A stretch of 36,708 nt of DNA from a virus, in the IMG/VR virus record IMGVR_UViG_3300028045_000006, positions 1-36,708 of that record; one strand, written 5' to 3'. A model generated the notes under the pieces. The model ran no database searches and was not told the origin of the DNA. It saw only the letters and a list, made by a program, of their open reading frames with translations. The translations under genes were made by a program, and so were the position numbers. Shown here in pieces: positions 33,042 to 36,708 of the stretch (its first letter is position 1; every line of letters starts with the position of its first letter).

Positions 33042-33532
33042 TGCAAAAATTATTCAACCTACAGAACAAACTAAAAGCAGTTAAGAAAGACGCTGAGAAT
33101 CCTTTCTTCAAGTCAAAGTATTTCGACATAAACGGATTACTCTCGGCTCTTAAGCCACTCTTGAACGAAGAAGGACTTGTAGTGATCCAACCACTAACTA
33201 CTTTAGAAGGAGGTGTAAATGCTCTTAAAACGGTCGTTATAGACGCTGAAACAGGAAAAGCATTGGTTGAGTCGGTTGTAGCACTTCCGAGCAACGTAGA
33301 CCCACAGAAGATGGGATCAGCTATTACTTACTTCCGAAGGTATGCCTTGCAATCACTATTCCTACTAGAAGCTGAAGATGATGACGCAAACTCAGTGTCA
33401 GGCAAGCAACCACCAGAAGCTAAGAATTACAATCATGGAGGAACAGGCAAGTGCGAGAGTTGTGGAGCGAATATGAAGATGAGTGCAGCAGGTAAAATTT
33501 ACTGTTCAGCCCTATGCTGGAAGAAAGACTAA
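33041..33532 (+). CDS. erf: ERF-family single-strand annealing recombinase with a C-terminal zinc ribbon
   Basis: NPFFKSKYFDINGLLSALKP and MGSAITYFRRYALQSLF are the ERF hallmark blocks. The C-terminus carries CESCG...CSALC. Confidence 0.75.
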   Translation: MQKLFNLQNKLKAVKKDAENPFFKSKYFDINGLLSALKPLLNEEGLVVIQPLTTLEGGVNALKTVVIDAETGKALVESVVALPSNVDPQKMGSAITYFRRYALQSLFLLEAEDDDANSVSGKQPPEAKNYNHGGTGKCESCGANMKMSAAGKIYCSALCWKKD

Positions 33533-33533
33533 T

Positions 33534-33692
33534 ATGAAATACATAATACCAATCAAGGAATACGAACAAATAATTAACCGAGGTAAAGAAATAGCCTCTA
33601 GAAAACCAACCACACCTAAAGAGCAATACTATGCAGACAAACATATCAGACAGCTTTCATCCAACAAAAGCGATCCAGACGTTAAAAAATAA
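33534..33692 (+). CDS. Small ORF (52 aa from ATG 33534; the longest ORF starts at 33483)
   Basis: ORF track. The 33483 start lies inside erf, and 33534 follows the erf stop. Confidence 0.4.
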   Translation: MKYIIPIKEYEQIINRGKEIASRKPTTPKEQYYADKHIRQLSSNKSDPDVKK

Positions 33693-33999
33693 CGCCAATG
33701 GAATAATTAAACTTGGAAACGAGCTACACCGATTAAGAATTGGATTCATAACAGCTAAGGCAAGACTAATAGACGCAGAGAATCTGTCACGCAGACTAGC
33801 ACTAAGCGATCCAGACCTAAAGGTTTCACTCATAAGAGATGTAATCAAAGACGGATGCGCTGAAGAACAGAAGATTCACGACCTACTCCTAGAAGAAATC
33901 CGAGACTTAAAAGAGCAAATGGAAGTGTTAGTAGAAGTAAATAACTCGCTGAAGGCTTCACACCGAATCCTTGAGCTTGAAATAAAGAACCAACTTTAA
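33631..33999 (+). CDS. Hypothetical coiled-coil protein (122 aa)
   Basis: ORF track; start uncertain (62-nt overlap with the previous ORF). Confidence 0.45.
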   Translation: MQTNISDSFHPTKAIQTLKNNANGIIKLGNELHRLRIGFITAKARLIDAENLSRRLALSDPDLKVSLIRDVIKDGCAEEQKIHDLLLEEIRDLKEQMEVLVEVNNSLKASHRILELEIKNQL

Positions 34000-34009
34000 C
34001 CAAAAAAAC

Positions 34010-34174
34010 ATGGCAAAACAAACTGAACTAGAAGAGTTCGTCTCTCGAGCGCCTTGGCTTAGAGGCGATAGTCTACTCAAAAGAGCCTTCGCTATTTGGG
34101 GATACGCATTCCTGGCTGGCGTAATGGTCTGGGCTGGACTCATGTTGTTGTTCCTCGTTCTTGGTGCATTTTAA
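34010..34174 (+). CDS. Small membrane protein (54 aa, 1 to 2 TM)
   Basis: MAKQTELEEFVSRAPWLRGDSLLKRAFAIWGYAFLAGVMVWAGLMLLFLVLGAF. Confidence 0.45.
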   Translation: MAKQTELEEFVSRAPWLRGDSLLKRAFAIWGYAFLAGVMVWAGLMLLFLVLGAF

Positions 34175-34192
34175 TCCTTAACCCAAACAACT

Positions 34193-34273
34193 ATGTTTGA
34201 AACAATTGTAATCGCAACTCTAATCGGATACGGAGTTGCACTCGTTGTTCTCTACAAAGAGAACTTAAAGTAA
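34193..34273 (+). CDS. Micro-ORF (26 aa), single TM
   Basis: MFETIVIATLIGYGVALVVLYKENLK. Confidence 0.35.
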   Translation: MFETIVIATLIGYGVALVVLYKENLK

Positions 34274-34289
34274 CCTATAACCTCATTCT

Positions 34290-34397
34290 ATGGAAATTGT
34301 AATCACATTAGCAGTAGGTATCTGGCTCGGTACTTATCTGAAAAAACACTGGAACGACCCAAACAATGCTTTAAATATTAAAAACAAAAAACAATAA
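34290..34397 (+). CDS. Micro-ORF (35 aa), single TM plus basic tail
   Basis: MEIVITLAVGIWLGTYLKKHWNDPNNALNIKNKKQ. Confidence 0.35.
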   Translation: MEIVITLAVGIWLGTYLKKHWNDPNNALNIKNKKQ

Positions 34398-34412
34398 ATA
34401 ACAAAAACCCTC

Positions 34413-35153
34413 ATGAAATATCTAAGAAAAGAACTCGCAATCGTAATGATTGGCGCAATAGTCGGGATGTTCCTATACATCACGTTTGAACCAGTTTCAA
34501 AAGCAGACGCACTGCAAGCAATCTACAACACAACCCTGGAAGAATTTAACTATGTGAACGGAATCTACAAAGAAAAGGAAGCTGAGATACAAACATACGA
34601 AGCTCGCTTAGAATCACTCAAAAATGAGCTAGAATCGCTGTCTAAACTACTTGCAAACTTAAAAGCAGACGTAGACGCAGAAAAAGACGAACTCTTTTCT
34701 AAGGGCGAAATAACGCCAAAAACAACAGAGCTTGAAAGGTGGCAGTATGTAGCTGATTTAAGAGAACCTTTGGCTAAGTATTGGAAAGGTACTGTTTTGG
34801 AAGGAAAGGAAGACGATCTTCTGTTGTGGTGCAAAGCTAGTACAGTTGCCAGAGTTTGCGTGAAGGTTATTGCAGCTCAGACGCAGATTGAAACTTCGTT
34901 TGGCACTACTGGAGTTGGTAAGACGCACAAGAATCTAACTGGTATCAGAGATTCAGGAAAGTGGAGAACTTACGAACAGTATCATTACAGCTTAAAGGAT
35001 AGTGTTGAACTGTTTATAGCTGGAAACTATCAAGATTACTTCACAATACATGGTTGGGAAAAAGGGCTTAGGTTATATTTAAACAGATGGGGGACACTAC
35101 ATGTAATTGATATAAAACATATATGCGAAAATGTATTAACAAAACAACCATGA
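34413..35153 (+). CDS. Signal-anchored coiled-coil protein with a C-terminal GH73-like (glucosaminidase/FlgJ-type) domain
   Basis: N-terminal TM segment LAIVMIGAIVGMFLYITF. IAAQTQIETSFGTTG...KNLTGIRD...WRTYEQYHYSLKDSVELF parallels the GH73 blocks AQA.lESgwG, nNlFGik and f..Y.s...S..dy. The candidate catalytic Glu codon is at 34890..34892. Confidence 0.55.
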   Translation: MKYLRKELAIVMIGAIVGMFLYITFEPVSKADALQAIYNTTLEEFNYVNGIYKEKEAEIQTYEARLESLKNELESLSKLLANLKADVDAEKDELFSKGEITPKTTELERWQYVADLREPLAKYWKGTVLEGKEDDLLLWCKASTVARVCVKVIAAQTQIETSFGTTGVGKTHKNLTGIRDSGKWRTYEQYHYSLKDSVELFIAGNYQDYFTIHGWEKGLRLYLNRWGTLHVIDIKHICENVLTKQP

Positions 35154-35509
35154 GAGAATTAAAATTCAAAACTTGGGACAGAAAAGAAAAAGAAATGTAC
35201 CCAGCAGAAAGATTGGCTGACTGGACGCTGATAATAGAAGAAGAAAGGTACGACATCCTTCAATTCACAGGTCTACTAGATAAAAACGGCAAGGAAATAT
35301 ATGAAGGCGATGTAGTGAAAACTGTAATCAGAACCATCGATGGGCATGACCACAAGGAAAGCGGAGAGGTGAAGTGGAATTATAACGACCTGGCGTACGA
35401 CATAGTGAGGTCTAGAGAAAAAGGTGATTTCCAACACCTGTTCAAGTCATCAGGCCGCACTGTTGAAGTCATAGGTAACATATACGAGAATCCTGACCTG
35501 CTTAAATGA
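35150..35509 (+). CDS. YopX-family protein
   Basis: MRELKFKTWD...LQFTGLLDKNGKEIYEGDVV...VIGNIYENPDLL is the classic YopX pattern. ATGA overlap with the upstream gene. Confidence 0.75.
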   Translation: MRELKFKTWDRKEKEMYPAERLADWTLIIEEERYDILQFTGLLDKNGKEIYEGDVVKTVIRTIDGHDHKESGEVKWNYNDLAYDIVRSREKGDFQHLFKSSGRTVEVIGNIYENPDLLK

Positions 35510-35661
35510 AACCAACCAAATTCTTAACAATTTTTATTCTATGTCTATTCGTAATTTTATTCTTAATAGGTTTTCTAAAGTGGATAGTGATGGTGTTCGT
35601 AATTCCAGCCGTAGAATTCCTGTTCGCAGGATTAGTTCTAATAGCAAGTGGAAGCCTGTAG
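35506..35661 (+). CDS. Small membrane protein (51 aa, 2 TM)
   Basis: MKPTKFLTIFILCLFVILFLIGFLKWIVMVFVIPAVEFLFAGLVLIASGSL; ATGA overlap with yopX. Confidence 0.45.
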   Translation: MKPTKFLTIFILCLFVILFLIGFLKWIVMVFVIPAVEFLFAGLVLIASGSL

Positions 35662-35761
35662 TGGAGCTTCAAGTTTGCAATGACATCTTGGAAGGCACGC
35701 AGAAAATGAAAGTCATTCCGTATGAGAAGTCTTATAACGAATCTCGTAGCCATCAATCACT

Positions 35762-35917
35762 ATGAGAAGACCAGCACCAAAATACAAACAGATGAAAAAA
35801 GCAAAATCGTACAAAGATTATTTAAAAGAAGACCAAGAGAAAGGTAATCCAGCAGCAATAGAAGCTAAAATACCTAACAAGTATTATAAAAATAACGTAA
35901 GTAAATACGACCTATGA
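35762..35917 (+). CDS. Small basic ORF (51 aa)
   Basis: MRRPAPKYKQMKKAKSYKDYLKEDQEKGNPAAIEAKIPNKYYKNNVSKYDL. Confidence 0.4.
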   Translation: MRRPAPKYKQMKKAKSYKDYLKEDQEKGNPAAIEAKIPNKYYKNNVSKYDL

Positions 35918-36024
35918 AAATCACAATCGAATACAAACCAGTAAGCAACAAAGCAAGGGAAGAGTTTTTAGAAGACATAAGATTAGTAACAGACGATTAC
36001 GAAGCTGAAATGGAAATAGAATAA
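35914..36024 (+). CDS. Micro-ORF (36 aa)
   Basis: MKITIEYKPVSNKAREEFLEDIRLVTDDYEAEMEIE; ATGA overlap. Confidence 0.35.
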   Translation: MKITIEYKPVSNKAREEFLEDIRLVTDDYEAEMEIE

Positions 36025-36148
36025 TTTAACAACAACCCCATGACTAAAAACAAGGGAGAGAAAAAGAGCTTCCTGCATAATATATTTAATCAAAGAAGCC
36101 CTAAAGAATCATCTTAAGTAAACCCACTATCAATTAACAATAAATAAT

Positions 36149-36358
36149 ATGAAAGATAAAGGAGAAACTGAGTGCGAAGGTTGTGAAAACGCTATTGCCA
36201 CTTATAAATGTGTTGATTGCGGGAGAAAGCTTTGCGAAGATTGTGCTGAAGGTGGATATGCAGGATGCGATTGTGGTTTGCCACAGTTTGAGCTTATTAA
36301 CTCCCAACACCCCATGAATACAGAAAGGAAAGAAATTATAGAGGAAAGAGTTTCTTAA
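36149..36358 (+). CDS. Cys-rich B-box-like zinc-finger protein (69 aa)
   Basis: CEGCENAIATYKCVDCGRKLCEDCAEGGYAGCDCG has at least four CxxC or CxC pairs with B-box-like spacing. Confidence 0.5.
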   Translation: MKDKGETECEGCENAIATYKCVDCGRKLCEDCAEGGYAGCDCGLPQFELINSQHPMNTERKEIIEERVS

Positions 36359-36394
36359 TAACCTAAAAGAACTTAACTTATAACCTATGAAAAG

Positions 36395-36583
36395 ATGAAA
36401 ACAGAAAAAACAGGTTACGAAGTAAAACTAATAGTGTCGCTTATATTTAATTGTAAAAGCCTACAGGAGGCTGAAGGAGAACAAGAGAATCTTAAAAATG
36501 CACTCAAGAACCAACTTGACGAGCATTACCCATTTAGAGTTGAGAAAGTGGAAGTCCAACCACCCGAACTTAATCAAGAATAA
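36395..36583 (+). CDS. Hypothetical protein (62 aa)
   Basis: ORF track; TAATG overlap with the junction-spanning ORF. Confidence 0.5.
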   Translation: MKTEKTGYEVKLIVSLIFNCKSLQEAEGEQENLKNALKNQLDEHYPFRVEKVEVQPPELNQE

Positions 36584-36708
36584 TGGAAACACAAGAATTA
36601 AAACAATCAATAGAAGAAATGCGTCAAGAGGTCGTGATTAGTGATGTAACGGATAGGATTAGAATAATGTGTCTTGATGCTTTGGATAGTGCGGATGAGT
36701 GTTTGGAT
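36582..36708. repeat. Terminal direct repeat, copy B (identical to 1..127)
   Basis: Same 127-nt string as 1..127. It contains the 5' part of the ORF annotated at 2..205. Confidence 0.95.

Noticed and set aside
29736-34834. Minus-strand ORFs antisense to the early arm: 29736..30059, 30087..30371, 30391..30630, 30521..30721, 30661..30879, 30917..31117, 31500..31709, 32288..32473, 32406..32627, 33034..33294, 33420..33644, 33657..33848, 33958..34143, 34565..34834
   Set aside because: All lie antisense to plus-strand genes that have recognisable domains or operon coupling. Their products are Ser/Leu/Phe/Cys-rich, and there is no leftward promoter or leader context.
35541-35765. A 74-aa ORF from the track overlapping the 51-aa two-TM ORF (35506..35661)
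   Set aside because: Its N-terminal two thirds is the out-of-frame reading of a clearly hydrophobic membrane-protein frame that is ATGA-coupled to yopX. Only its short C-terminal part (from about 35706) could be independent, and that is too small to support.

Overview
The window is a complete phage genome. Its first 127 nt (1..127) are identical to its last 127 nt (36582..36708), so the unique sequence is 36,581 bp and the linear ends are arbitrary. One ORF runs across the junction (36583.. equals 2..205).

The genome is AT-rich and gene-dense, with two divergent arms leaving a 247-nt control region at 28427..28673.

- **Leftward arm (minus strand, 28426 down to about 1989).** It opens with about 12 tiny ORFs. 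It continues with putative terS, terL (strong motif support), portal, scaffold and an HK97-fold or P22-coat-like major capsid protein. Next come three Thr/Gly/Ala-rich surface or fibre proteins and two ConA/LamG-type receptor-binding proteins. These are followed by adaptor- or nozzle-like proteins, a fibre, two large internal or ejection-type proteins (one with a CHAP domain) and a lysis cassette. The cassette pairs a papain-like C1 peptidase fused to an SLH domain with a 2-TM holin-like protein.
- **Rightward arm (plus strand, 28674 through the junction to 1957).** It carries early and middle genes. These include an RNAP alpha-CTD-like protein, a replisome organiser with an internal iteron array, a Mom-like GNAT (candidate DNA modification), Erf recombinase, YopX and a signal-anchored GH73-like hydrolase. 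It also holds HNH, an RHH regulator, and many micro-ORFs and zinc-ribbon proteins.

I saw no tape measure, sheath, major tail protein, integrase, DNA polymerase, tRNA or CRISPR. The virion module looks podovirus-like.

None of the start codons I inspected has a Shine-Dalgarno sequence. They sit behind A/C-rich, G-poor leaders with a recurrent TAACCAA box. Several intergenic gaps nevertheless carry sigma70-like TTGACA-N17-TATAAT-type promoters.

All functional calls come from motif recognition by eye. No database search was run.
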